This document shows, piece after piece, positions 13,015 to 23,139 of a DNA stretch of 64,000 nucleotides. Made by a program: the position numbers and the translations under genes. The stretch lies in assembly GCA_002280875.1 (NCBI GenBank), contig NCEV01000023.1, forward strand, positions 8,920 through 72,919. Reading direction: 5' to 3'. The DNA comes from Caulobacter sp. 32-67-35. Its GTDB lineage: Bacteria; Pseudomonadota; Alphaproteobacteria; Caulobacterales; Caulobacteraceae. Under the pieces are notes generated by a model. The model ran no database searches and was not told where the DNA came from. It saw only the letters and a list, made by a program, of their open reading frames with translations. The first letter of the stretch is position 1; every line of letters starts with the position of its first letter.

Positions 13015-14481
13015 GTGGATCATCAGGGCGTTAGCCGGAGAGGCCTCGCGGCCATGGTTCTCAGTGGTGGGGCGATCGGCGGGGCGGCTCTTGGCCTGTC
13101 AGGATGCGACGCCAGGCCGGACACCGAGCTGGATCCCAAGTCCCGGCAGTTTCCGCAGGACTTTGTCTGGGGCGTGGCCTCGGCGGCCTTCCAGACCGAA
13201 GGCGCGCAGACCGCCGACGGGCGCGGGCCCAGCGTCTGGGACGGGTTCGAGACGCTGCCCGGCAAGGTGATCGACGGCTCCGACGCCCGTGTCGCCACTG
13301 ACAGCTATCGCCGCTACGCCGAGGATATCGATCTGATCGCCGCGGCGGGGCTGGACGCCTATCGGTTCTCGATCAGCTGGTCGCGGATTCTGCCCAGCGG
13401 GGCGGGGGCGATCAATCCGGCGGGGCTGGACCACTATTCGCGCATGGTCGACGCCCTGCTGGCCAAGGGCGTGACGCCCTACGCCACCCTGTTCCACTGG
13501 GACCTGCCGCAGGGCCTGCAGGACAAGGGCGGCTGGACCAACCGCGACACCGCCCTGCGCTTCGCCGACTATGCCGACGCCCTGATCGACCGGCTGGGCG
13601 ACCGGCTCAAGCGCTACATCATTCTCAACGAGGCGGCGGTTCACACCGTGTTTGGCCACGTGACAGGCGAGCACGCGCCGGGCCTGAAGAACGCCGACCT
13701 GCTTGGTCCCGTCATCCATCACATGAACCTCGGGCAGGGGCTGGCGATCCAGGCGCTGCGGGCCGGCGCGAGCGATCTTTCGATCGGCACCACCATGGCC
13801 CTGCAACCTTGCCGCCCGGCCGGCGGGAGCTGGGCCCTGTGGAACCGTCTAGCCTCCGACGGGCTGGATGGCCTTTGGAACCGCGCCTGGCTGGATCCCC
13901 TGTTCAAGGGCGCCTATCCCAAGGTGATGGACGACTTTCTGAAAGGCGGCGTCGTGCGCGACGGCGATTTGGCGACCCTCCGGCAGAAGGTCGATTTCCT
14001 GGGTGTGAACTACTACGCGCCAGCCTATGTGCGGCTGGACCTGAACGCGCCCGGCAAGATCAGCCCGACGCCGCCGCCCCAGGGCGCCGAGCTGGACGCC
14101 TTTGGCCGCCACATTGATCCGTCAGGCCTCTATGAGGTGCTGGAAATGGTGCGCCGCGACTATGGCAATCCGCCGGTGCTGATCACCGAGAACGGCTGCT
14201 CTGACCCCTTCGGCCAGAGGCCGGCGGTGATCGACGATCAATTCCGCATCGCCTATCTGCGCCGCCATCTGCAGGCGGTGCTGGCTGCGCGGGAGGCCGG
14301 CTCGCCCATCGGCGGCTATTTCGCCTGGACCCTGCTGGACAATTTCGAGTGGGCCCTGGGCTACACCTCGAAATTTGGCCTGGTGGCGCATGACCGGGCG
14401 ACGGGCGTGCGCACGCCCAAGGCGTCGTATGGCTGGTTCAAGGCTTTGGCGGCGAGCGGAGCGCTGCCGCCAAAGCCCTAG
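13015..14481 (+). CDS. Glycoside hydrolase family 1 beta-glucosidase with Tat/lipoprotein-like signal
   Basis: SRRGLAAM...LSGC N-terminus. GH1 motifs TLFHWDLPQ, ILNEA (acid/base Glu) and ITENG (nucleophile). Confidence 0.9.
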   Translation: MDHQGVSRRGLAAMVLSGGAIGGAALGLSGCDARPDTELDPKSRQFPQDFVWGVASAAFQTEGAQTADGRGPSVWDGFETLPGKVIDGSDARVATDSYRRYAEDIDLIAAAGLDAYRFSISWSRILPSGAGAINPAGLDHYSRMVDALLAKGVTPYATLFHWDLPQGLQDKGGWTNRDTALRFADYADALIDRLGDRLKRYIILNEAAVHTVFGHVTGEHAPGLKNADLLGPVIHHMNLGQGLAIQALRAGASDLSIGTTMALQPCRPAGGSWALWNRLASDGLDGLWNRAWLDPLFKGAYPKVMDDFLKGGVVRDGDLATLRQKVDFLGVNYYAPAYVRLDLNAPGKISPTPPPQGAELDAFGRHIDPSGLYEVLEMVRRDYGNPPVLITENGCSDPFGQRPAVIDDQFRIAYLRRHLQAVLAAREAGSPIGGYFAWTLLDNFEWALGYTSKFGLVAHDRATGVRTPKASYGWFKALAASGALPPKP

Positions 14482-14485
14482 TCCC

Positions 14486-14538
14486 TAGAGCCCTTTCCGA
14501 CCTGATTGTTTCATCAAGGTCGGGCGAAAAGGGCTCTA
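14486..14538. terminator. Imperfect long hairpin between convergent genes
   Basis: TAGAGCCCTTTCCGACC ... GGTCGGGCGAAAAGGGCTCTA, with a T-run at about 14556. Confidence 0.35.
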
Positions 14539-14577
14539 AATCAGAAGTTTAGAGCGTTTTTTGATCCGATAACCGTT

Positions 14578-15273
14578 TCACACAGGCTTGGGGTCGGCGG
14601 CGTCGATGACAAACTCAGCCTTGGTCGAGGCCTGGGGCGAGGCGATGGCGGTCTCGACCTCGATGGCTGGGCTGGGCGCTGGCGTCATCACGGGCTCGGG
14701 CGGCGCGGCCTGTTCGACGGGCGGTGCGGCCTCTGGCTCCGGCATGGAGGCCACCGTCGGCTCGGGCGCCGGCTCGACGGGTTTGACCGCGTTGTAGATC
14801 AGCGCCTTGCCCAGGATGTTCGAGCGCTTCTCCAGCGCCTTGGCGCGGGTCTCGCAGTCGCCGGGCGGCGACCAGCTCATCCACACCTGGGCCAGGCGGG
14901 CCTTGTTGGCCGAATCCGCGCCGGTCCAGACCGAGCGGCCCTTCTTGACGGCCGCGCCGCCATATTCGGAGATCGGGCGCGGGCTGGCCCTTTCGGCGGC
15001 GGTGATCGCTGCGGTGAAGATCTTCATGTCGGTGCGCGCCTGGGCGCGCATCTCGGGATAGGTCTTCAGGGAGGCTTCGACGCCATCGGGACCGGGGAAG
15101 GCCTTCTCGATGCGGGTCACTTCCGGCATCACCTGATCGTACAGATCCACATAGCCGCCCAGGGCGCCAAAGCACCAGGCGACATAGCCATAGTCATCGC
15201 TGGGCGGCGTGGCCGCGGGGGCGACGGGGGCCTGGCCCATCATGGTCAGGGCCAGAAGAAGAGCGGTCGCCAT
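14578..15273 (-). CDS. Hypothetical secreted protein with Pro/Ala-rich C-terminus
   Basis: Start chosen at MATALLLALTMMGQAPVAPAA (signal-like, ATG verified at 15271-15273). High GC3. No motif recognised. Confidence 0.6.
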   Translation of the reverse strand: MATALLLALTMMGQAPVAPAATPPSDDYGYVAWCFGALGGYVDLYDQVMPEVTRIEKAFPGPDGVEASLKTYPEMRAQARTDMKIFTAAITAAERASPRPISEYGGAAVKKGRSVWTGADSANKARLAQVWMSWSPPGDCETRAKALEKRSNILGKALIYNAVKPVEPAPEPTVASMPEPEAAPPVEQAAPPEPVMTPAPSPAIEVETAIASPQASTKAEFVIDAADPKPV

Positions 15274-15558
15274 GCGGCGGAAGTCCTTTTGAAGAGCAGT
15301 GACGCTGTGACTAGAGCATTTCGGATCGGAATGGGACCACAGCATGGCGCCCGTGACGGCGTCGCTGAAGGCCAAGCTGGGCCATAACGATCGGCGACGT
15401 GAAAAGCTCCAGATGAATTCGGGTTCATTCGCCGCCACCCGGGGTGGGGCGCGCGGCGGAATATGTTAGAAGATTTGCGAGAGGCGTGATCCGTAGCCTG
15501 CGGTCATCCGTATCTCTTCGTGACTTCACCCTTCCTGGCTCTGAGCTGCACCGCTTCC

Positions 15559-16254
15559 ATGACCTTCTGGCGCAACATTGCAACCCTCGCGGCGCGCCGA
15601 CTGGATCTGGCCGAGTGCACCGACTGTCCGGCGGGTTTGCCGGGCGAGGATCCGGCGTTCTCGACGGCGGTCACGGCGCTGGGCGCCAAGCTGGCCAAGG
15701 CTGATGGGCGGGCCGACGGCCACGAGTTTGCCGTCTTCAGCGAAGTGTTCCAGCCGGATCCGGCCTCGGAAAACAATATTCACCGGCTTTACGATCTGGC
15801 TCGCCAGACCACGCACGGCTTCGAGAGCTATGCCAAGCGGCTGGCCAAGCGCTATCGCACCTGCCCCCAGATTCTGGAGGACGTGGTCGACGGCCTGTTC
15901 CACATCGCCAAGGCCGATGGCGTGGTCACCCAGGACGAGCTGGACTATCTGGAGCGGGTCGCCCTGCTGTTTGGGCTCTCGCCGTTGGGCTTCCGGCGCC
16001 TGCGGGCCGTGCATCTGGGGTCGGACGCCAACGATCCCTACATCATCCTCAATGTGGCGCACGACGCCGATGACGCGGTGGTCCGGTCGGCCTGGAAGAC
16101 GGCGCTGTCGTCCGCCCATCCCGATCGCGCCCGCGCCCGGGGCCTGCCCAGCGAGTTTATCGAGGTGGCCGAGGCCAAGTCCGCCGCAATCAATGAGGCT
16201 TTCAGCAGCGTCATGCGCGAAAGACGCGAGCTGGGTCTGGCTGCGGCAGGCTGA
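15559..16254 (+). CDS. DjlA-like co-chaperone (TerB-like domain plus C-terminal J domain)
   Basis: MTFWRNIATLAA start. TerB-like repeats (KADGRADGHEF, KADGVVTQDELDYL). J-domain DPYIILNV...AHPDR (HPD motif). Confidence 0.75.
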   Translation: MTFWRNIATLAARRLDLAECTDCPAGLPGEDPAFSTAVTALGAKLAKADGRADGHEFAVFSEVFQPDPASENNIHRLYDLARQTTHGFESYAKRLAKRYRTCPQILEDVVDGLFHIAKADGVVTQDELDYLERVALLFGLSPLGFRRLRAVHLGSDANDPYIILNVAHDADDAVVRSAWKTALSSAHPDRARARGLPSEFIEVAEAKSAAINEAFSSVMRERRELGLAAAG

Positions 16255-16412
16255 AGCCTGTGGCGCGGGTTTTTAGGCGAGGCGATATGTCTCGGGAGAA
16301 ATGGGCTTTTCAGATCGATCACGCGGGTGTTGAGTTGACGTTCAGTGTCCGTGAACCAACCTTGTTGACCATAACTGCTACGTTGCGGCCTTAGGCCGGG
16401 AAGGGACGATCA

Positions 16413-16706
16413 ATGACGGGTTCGACCACGATGGCCGGCGGTTCGGCTCTGCGTAGCGCCGCCTGGCTGGCTGGCGCGCTGGCGACCTCAGCCGCCGTCG
16501 TGATCGGGTCGGCTCTGGCCGTCGTGTTTGCCGCCACCGTTGTGGTCATCGGTTTTATGGGCAGCGCGCTGTTCGGGCTCGTGGCGCTGGCGCTCCGGGC
16601 GCGTCGCACCGTCAAGGCCGAGACCGGCGGCGATCCCTCCCTGATCGAAGCGCGCAATGTCGGCGGCCATTCCTGGGTCGCCTACGGCTGGAACGAGCGG
16701 CCCTAA
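16413..16706 (+). CDS. Hypothetical small membrane protein
   Basis: 97 aa with two hydrophobic helices and high GC3. Confidence 0.5.
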   Translation: MTGSTTMAGGSALRSAAWLAGALATSAAVVIGSALAVVFAATVVVIGFMGSALFGLVALALRARRTVKAETGGDPSLIEARNVGGHSWVAYGWNERP

Positions 16707-16801
16707 GCTCTCACGGTTCCTTTCTGCCTTCCCCAACGTCGCCCTTGCGGCGCGCGTCCGTGTGGTCGATGCTGCTTTCAAACAAGCGTTGGGAGGCGAA
16801 C

Positions 16802-17092
16802 ATGATCGGTGTGGTAGCGACCTTGAAGGTCCAAGTCGACAAGACCGCTGAGTTCGAAAAGGTGTTCCTGGATCTGGCGTCCAAGGTGAAGGCCAACGAG
16901 CCGGGGTGCCTGATGTACCAGTTGACCAAGTCCAAGACCGAAGCCGGGACCTACAAGGTGCTGGAGCTCTACGCCTCCATGGACGACCTGAAGGCCCACG
17001 GCGGCACCGACTATTTCAAGGCCGGCGGCGCAGCGATGGGGCCGTTCATGGCCGGTCGTCCCGAGATCGAATATCTGGACGCGGTGGAGTAG
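16802..17092 (+). CDS. Antibiotic-biosynthesis-monooxygenase (ABM) family protein
   Basis: 96 aa, MIGVVATLKVQVDKTAEFEKVF...YKVLELYASMDDLKAH pattern of the ABM ferredoxin-like fold. Confidence 0.7.
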   Translation: MIGVVATLKVQVDKTAEFEKVFLDLASKVKANEPGCLMYQLTKSKTEAGTYKVLELYASMDDLKAHGGTDYFKAGGAAMGPFMAGRPEIEYLDAVE

Positions 17093-17097
17093 GGACC

Positions 17098-18309
17098 ATG
17101 GATCTCGCCTTTTCACCTGAGGATCTGGCCTTCCAGCAGGAAGTCCGCGACTGGATCGCCACGGCCTATGACGATGATCTGCGTCGCAAGATGAGCCAGT
17201 CCAAGAACGGCTATCTGGACAAGGCCGGCCAGGTGAAATGGCAGAAGAAGCTGTTCGAGCGCGGCTGGGCGGCGCCGGACTGGCCGGTGGAGTGGGGCGG
17301 TTGCGGCTTTACCGCCTCGCAGCGCTACATCTTCAACATGGAACTGTCGCTGGCTGGCACGCCCAATCCCTCGCCGATGGGCCTGAAGATGTGCGCGCCG
17401 GTGATCCTGGCGTTTGGCACCGAAGAGCAGAAGAAGCAGCACCTGCCGCCGATCCTGTCGTCCGATATCTGGTGGTGCCAGGGTTATTCCGAGCCCGGCT
17501 CGGGCTCGGACCTGGCCAGCCTGCAGATGAAGGCTGAGCGGGACGGCGACGACTATGTGCTGAACGGCTCCAAGATCTGGACCACCCACGCCCAGTGGGC
17601 CGACTGGATGTTCTGCCTGGTGCGGACATCGACCGAGGGCAAGCCACAGAACGGCATCTCGTTCCTGCTGCTGCGGATGGACACCCCCGGCATCCAGATC
17701 AAGCCGCTGCCCACCCTGGATGGCCCCGCCGACGGTGAGCAGGAGATCAATCAGGTCTTCTTCGACAATGTCCGCGTGCCGGTCGCCAACCGCATCGGCG
17801 AGGAGAACAAGGGCTGGACCTACGCCAAGTACCTCCTGGAGTTTGAGCGCGGTAACGCCTATGCGCCGGGCCTGATGAACATGCTCAAGAAGGTCAAGCG
17901 CATCGCGGTCCAGGAGCTGGCCGATGACGGCGGCCGGCTGATCGACGATCCGGATTTCCGCAGCAAGATCGCCAATCTGGAAATCTCGGTCGAGGCGCTG
18001 AACGCCGCCGAACTGCGCATCTTCTCCGGCCGCAGCGCCGGCAAGGCGGTGGGGCCGGTCTCGTCCATGCTCAAATGCGTGGGTTCCGAAGCCCAGCAGG
18101 CGATCACCGAGCTGACCCTGGAAGCGGTCGGAACCTATGCCGCGCCGTTCGTACGCGACACCTGGGCTCCGACCAACGAGAAGCGGGCGGGGCCAGACTA
18201 TGCCGCGCCCGCCGCGCCCAGCTATTTCAGCTACCGCAAGGCCTCGATCTATGCGGGATCCAACGAGATCCAGCGCAACATCATGGCCAAGATGGTGCTG
18301 GGGCTCTAG
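17098..18309 (+). CDS. Acyl-CoA dehydrogenase family protein
   Basis: 403 aa. WCQGYSEPGSGSDLAS and IYAGSNEIQRNI motifs. ATG verified at 17098. Confidence 0.9.
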   Translation: MDLAFSPEDLAFQQEVRDWIATAYDDDLRRKMSQSKNGYLDKAGQVKWQKKLFERGWAAPDWPVEWGGCGFTASQRYIFNMELSLAGTPNPSPMGLKMCAPVILAFGTEEQKKQHLPPILSSDIWWCQGYSEPGSGSDLASLQMKAERDGDDYVLNGSKIWTTHAQWADWMFCLVRTSTEGKPQNGISFLLLRMDTPGIQIKPLPTLDGPADGEQEINQVFFDNVRVPVANRIGEENKGWTYAKYLLEFERGNAYAPGLMNMLKKVKRIAVQELADDGGRLIDDPDFRSKIANLEISVEALNAAELRIFSGRSAGKAVGPVSSMLKCVGSEAQQAITELTLEAVGTYAAPFVRDTWAPTNEKRAGPDYAAPAAPSYFSYRKASIYAGSNEIQRNIMAKMVLGL

Positions 18310-18432
18310 CCCGCGCCCCTTCCAATTGCGGCGGCGCACACCAGATACAGCACCCGTTGCAGTTTTTCTGCATGGCGCGCGATCCAAACAGATGTTTGGA
18401 TCGCGGCAATCCTTCTCTTTCGGAACCGCCCC

Positions 18433-19524
<1,092 letters not shown>

Positions 19525-19628
19525 GGACCATCCCCCCTGTTCCGGGGCTGTCCGTCAGGACGGTCCCGGCCCATGGTTGCGTTACGGGTTGAGCCGCGCT
19601 GGAGCCGCTCACCCCGGGGAGGCGCGTC

Positions 19629-19712
19629 ATGTCCTGGTTGCCCTATCTCGCCGGCCTGTTCGCGATGTCGGCCCTGATCCTGCTGATCATCGGCGCGCTG
19701 CTGAAGGACTGA
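19629..19712 (+). CDS. Candidate 27-aa hydrophobic peptide (MSWLPYLAGLFAMSALILLIIGALLKD)
   Basis: Too short for the ORF track. GGAGG lies 6 nt upstream of the ATG. Single TM-like helix with high GC3. Confidence 0.3.
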   Translation: MSWLPYLAGLFAMSALILLIIGALLKD

Positions 19713-19723
19713 GGGCGCTCCAA

Positions 19724-19933
19724 GTCCTCCCCCTTCAGGGTAGGGCTATCGCATATGAGTTTGCGCCCAGAAAAGTTGTCATCCCGGACAAGCCAGGCGA
19801 AGCCGGCGCCGATCCGGGACCGACTTGGAACACGGCGCTCAGGCGTCGGTCCCGGATCTTCGCGCTGCGCGCTCGTCCGGGATGACAACCGTTTTTGGCC
19901 CTATGCAATAGCCCTGCCCTTCAGGGGGAGGAC
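19724..19933. repeat. 210-bp MITE-like element built of three nested inverted repeats
   Basis: Outer 32-nt arms 19724-19755 / 19902-19933 (28/32 complementary). Middle arms GTCATCCCGGAC 19778-19789 / 19875-19886 (perfect). Inner arms GATCCGGGACCGAC 19811-19824 / 19845-19858 (perfect). Confidence 0.55.
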
Positions 19934-19939
19934 TTTTCC

Positions 19940-20854
19940 CTACCCGTTGAAGTTCAGCTTCAGCCCCGGCCTTGGCCACCGCGTCTTGTAGAGCTTGCCG
20001 GTCCCCGACGCGGTGATCCACGCATCGCGCATGTCGGCGCCGCCAAAGCAGATGTTGGTGACGATCACATCTGGGATCGCGAAATGCTCGGTCGACCCAT
20101 CGGGATCGAACGCCGTGACGCCGCCATTGATGATGGTCGCCACGCAGACCTTGCCGCCCGCCTCGACCGCCAGGCTGTCCAGCAGCTGATAGCCGGGCAG
20201 GTTGCAGACCACGGTTCCGGGCGCAAAGCCGGCCGCAGGCGCCAGAGCGCCGGGCTCACTGATCTCGAACGACCAAAGCCGGCCCAGCGACGTGTCGGCC
20301 ATGTAGACGGTCTTCTCGTCGGGCGAGAGGCCCACGCCGTTGGGCGAGACGAAGTGGTCGCGCCAGCGGGTGATCTTGCTGCCATCGGGCAGGGCGTAAT
20401 AGAGCGCGCCGAACTTGCGGCCCTCGGGCGTGCTGCAGCCATGGTCGGTGAACCAGAACCCGCCCTGCCTGTCGAACACCAGGTCGTTGGGGCCGACCAG
20501 GGCCTTGCCGTCGCATTCGGTATAGAGCGTGGTGATTGCGCCTGTCGCCAGATCCACCCGCTGGATCGAGCCGCCCGTGTGGCTGGGCGGGGTGGGACCC
20601 GGCACGTTCAGGCCGCCCATGTCGAGGAACTGGAAGCTGCCGCCGTTGTTGGCGACATAGAGCGCCCCGTCCGGTCCGATCGCCGCGCCGTTGGGGCCGC
20701 CGCCGGTCTCGGCCACCGTCTCGCGCTGGCCGTCTGGCGTGATGCGGCTGATCCGCTGCCCCTGGATCTCGGTGAGGATCACCGAGCCGTCGGCCATGGC
20801 GATCGGGCCCTCTGGAAACAGCAGGCCTTCGGCGACCAGTTGGATGTCCATCAC
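19940..20854 (-). CDS. SMP-30/gluconolactonase/LRE family protein
   Basis: 304 aa, six-bladed-propeller-type repeats (EGPIAMADGSV..., GPNGAAIGPDG..., PNDLVFD...). Confidence 0.85.
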   Translation of the reverse strand: MMDIQLVAEGLLFPEGPIAMADGSVILTEIQGQRISRITPDGQRETVAETGGGPNGAAIGPDGALYVANNGGSFQFLDMGGLNVPGPTPPSHTGGSIQRVDLATGAITTLYTECDGKALVGPNDLVFDRQGGFWFTDHGCSTPEGRKFGALYYALPDGSKITRWRDHFVSPNGVGLSPDEKTVYMADTSLGRLWSFEISEPGALAPAAGFAPGTVVCNLPGYQLLDSLAVEAGGKVCVATIINGGVTAFDPDGSTEHFAIPDVIVTNICFGGADMRDAWITASGTGKLYKTRWPRPGLKLNFNG

Positions 20855-20952
20855 GTCTCTCCCTGCGCGCCTTGACCTGCCCCTTGGAGGCTGGCTCCGT
20901 CTGGTGCGGGGCGCGAACGAAAAGGACTATAAACGCCGGTTTGGACGCGGGG

Positions 20953-23043
20953 CTAGGATGCCCCAAGGGCAGCGACCGGCGCCGCTGTCTCCGGGAGCGG
21001 CAGGGCCCGCATCACGGCGGCGATCAGGGTCTCACGGTGGATAGGCTTGGCGACATGGTCGTTCATGCCCGCCAATCGGCAGCGCGCGATCTGCTCGGGC
21101 ATGACGTCGGCGCTCAGGGCGATGATCGGCGTTTTGGCCACGGCGCCAGGCAGGGACCGGATGGCGCGGGTCGCGGCCAGGCCGTCCATGCCCGGCATGT
21201 GCACGTCCATCAGGATCAGGTCGAAGCCGCCGTCGCGCGCCGCGTCCACCGCCTGCGCGCCATCCTCGGCCGTGGTGACGACGCAGCCGGCCAGGGTCAG
21301 CAGGGCATGGCCCAGCTCGCGGTTCATCGGATGGTCGTCGACCAGCAGGATGCGGAAGGCCGCCGGGACCAGCGTGTTCTGATCGACCACAGCGGGCGCC
21401 TGACGGGTCTCGACGGGCGTGGCCGGCAGGGTGATCCAGAACCGTGACCCCAGGTCCGGTACGCTTTCAACGCCGATCTGTCCCCCCATCTGACCGATCA
21501 GAGCCTTGCTGATCGCCAGGCCCAGGCCTGCGCCGCCGTAGCTGCGGCTGATCGAACTGTCGGCCTGGCTGAAGCGCTGGAACAGGCGTGACTGCACTTC
21601 GGGCGCGATGCCGATGCCGGTGTCGTCGATCTCGAAGCGGATCGTGCCCGTCGACGGATCCAGGGCCATGCGGGCCGAGACCTCGCCGACGGTGGTGAAC
21701 TTCACGGCGTTGGACAGCAGGTTCAGCAGCACCTGGCCAAGCCGCACCTCATCGAGGGCGAAGACTGCGGGCTGTTGCGCATCGTCGCCATGGAGGGTCA
21801 TGGTCAGGCGAAGGCCCTTGGCCTCGGCCACAGGCCCGACAATCGCCACAGCGTCCGCCAGCAGCCGTGCGGGGGAGGCGGGCGCCAGGTTGAGATCTAT
21901 TCGGCCCGCCTCGACCTTGGCGAAGTCCAGCAGGTCATTGACGATCTCGGCCAGGGATCGCCCGGCGCGATTGATCAGGTCCAGTCGGTGGCGGCTCTCG
22001 GCCGAAAGGCCGGGGTCATCGGCGACCAGGCCGGCGAAGCCCAGAACGCTGTTGAGCGGGGTGCGAATCTCATGGCTGATCGTCGCCAGGAAGTCGGACT
22101 TGGCGGCGTTGGCGGCGATGGCGCGGGCCTGGGCGGCCCGAGCGAGGGCCTGCCCTCGCAAAAGCAGGGTCTTCAACCGGGCCTGACGGCTGAGCGCCAG
22201 GGCCGCCACCATGCAGACCGCGTAGAGGACGATATGGAAGGTCAGGGCCTGTCGCAGGGGCGGCAGGGCCAGGACGGGATCCACGCCGGTCTTGTGAAGC
22301 ACCGCCGGGATGGTGGCGGCCAGGGAGGCGGTGATGACCACGGCCACCGCGCGCGGCCCGCCCCGGAAAACCGCCAGCAGGGCGGGCGCGAACAACAGGG
22401 ATTGCAGCAGCGGGTCGGTCGAGAAGATGGCGGCGGCGGTCAGGGCCGCGATCAGCGCCAGGGCGGCGGCCTCCAGCGACCGCACCTCGAAACCGCGCAT
22501 CAGGCGGGTGTCGAGCAGGATCAAGACCGTGGGCAGGGCCAGGGCCATGCCCAGCACATTGGGCGCCGTCCAGTCGTTCCAGCCCGTCCAGAACGTCCGC
22601 CCGTTCTGGACAGCCAGTAACCCGCTGATCAGCACCGAGGAAACTGTGGTCAACAGCGCCGAGATGGCCACCAGCAAGGTCAGGCTGCGCATGTCGCGCA
22701 CCCGGCTGGGCAGCCGAAGCATCCCCAGCACCCAGGCGATGGTCGCCGCCTGGATCGTGTCCAGCACGGAGAGCAGAAGCAGGAACGGCAGGGGGCTGCC
22801 GGTGGGCAGTTCGACCAGCACATGCAGCACGGCGGTCACGGCCAGAAACGTCCAGCGATCCTTGCGGTTCATGACCAGCAGGCCCGCGACCAGGACCGCG
22901 TTGGCCGTCCAGATCGTGGGCAGGCCATGGGTCGCCCCCGCGAGCAGCAGGCTGTAGCCCATGCACCCGGCGTAGGCGATCGAGAGGCCTATGAGCCTGC
23001 GCCGATTGACCAGCACTCTGTCGATATTCAAACCTTGGGGCAC
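20953..23043 (-). CDS. Hybrid sensor histidine kinase/response regulator with MASE1-like membrane domain
   Basis: About 300-aa polytopic N-terminus. H-box SHEIRTPLNSV. N/G boxes NLLSNAVKFT, DTGIGI, GGAGLGLAIS. Receiver DLILMDVHMPGMDG. Confidence 0.9.
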   Translation of the reverse strand: MPQGLNIDRVLVNRRRLIGLSIAYAGCMGYSLLLAGATHGLPTIWTANAVLVAGLLVMNRKDRWTFLAVTAVLHVLVELPTGSPLPFLLLLSVLDTIQAATIAWVLGMLRLPSRVRDMRSLTLLVAISALLTTVSSVLISGLLAVQNGRTFWTGWNDWTAPNVLGMALALPTVLILLDTRLMRGFEVRSLEAAALALIAALTAAAIFSTDPLLQSLLFAPALLAVFRGGPRAVAVVITASLAATIPAVLHKTGVDPVLALPPLRQALTFHIVLYAVCMVAALALSRQARLKTLLLRGQALARAAQARAIAANAAKSDFLATISHEIRTPLNSVLGFAGLVADDPGLSAESRHRLDLINRAGRSLAEIVNDLLDFAKVEAGRIDLNLAPASPARLLADAVAIVGPVAEAKGLRLTMTLHGDDAQQPAVFALDEVRLGQVLLNLLSNAVKFTTVGEVSARMALDPSTGTIRFEIDDTGIGIAPEVQSRLFQRFSQADSSISRSYGGAGLGLAISKALIGQMGGQIGVESVPDLGSRFWITLPATPVETRQAPAVVDQNTLVPAAFRILLVDDHPMNRELGHALLTLAGCVVTTAEDGAQAVDAARDGGFDLILMDVHMPGMDGLAATRAIRSLPGAVAKTPIIALSADVMPEQIARCRLAGMNDHVAKPIHRETLIAAVMRALPLPETAAPVAALGAS

Positions 23044-23139
23044 GCAACTGCTCTCTAACCGCCGCGCAACCTCGCGCGAAATCGTCGGCTTTTGGTTAAG
23101 GCGGTGTAGCGGCGCGGTGTCGCGGGCGGCTAGACTCGA

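Noticed and set aside
13600-13640. GH1 acid/base motif reads ILNEA instead of the usual NEP
   Set aside because: The catalytic Glu is retained, and such variation is common in GH1. It is not evidence of inactivation.
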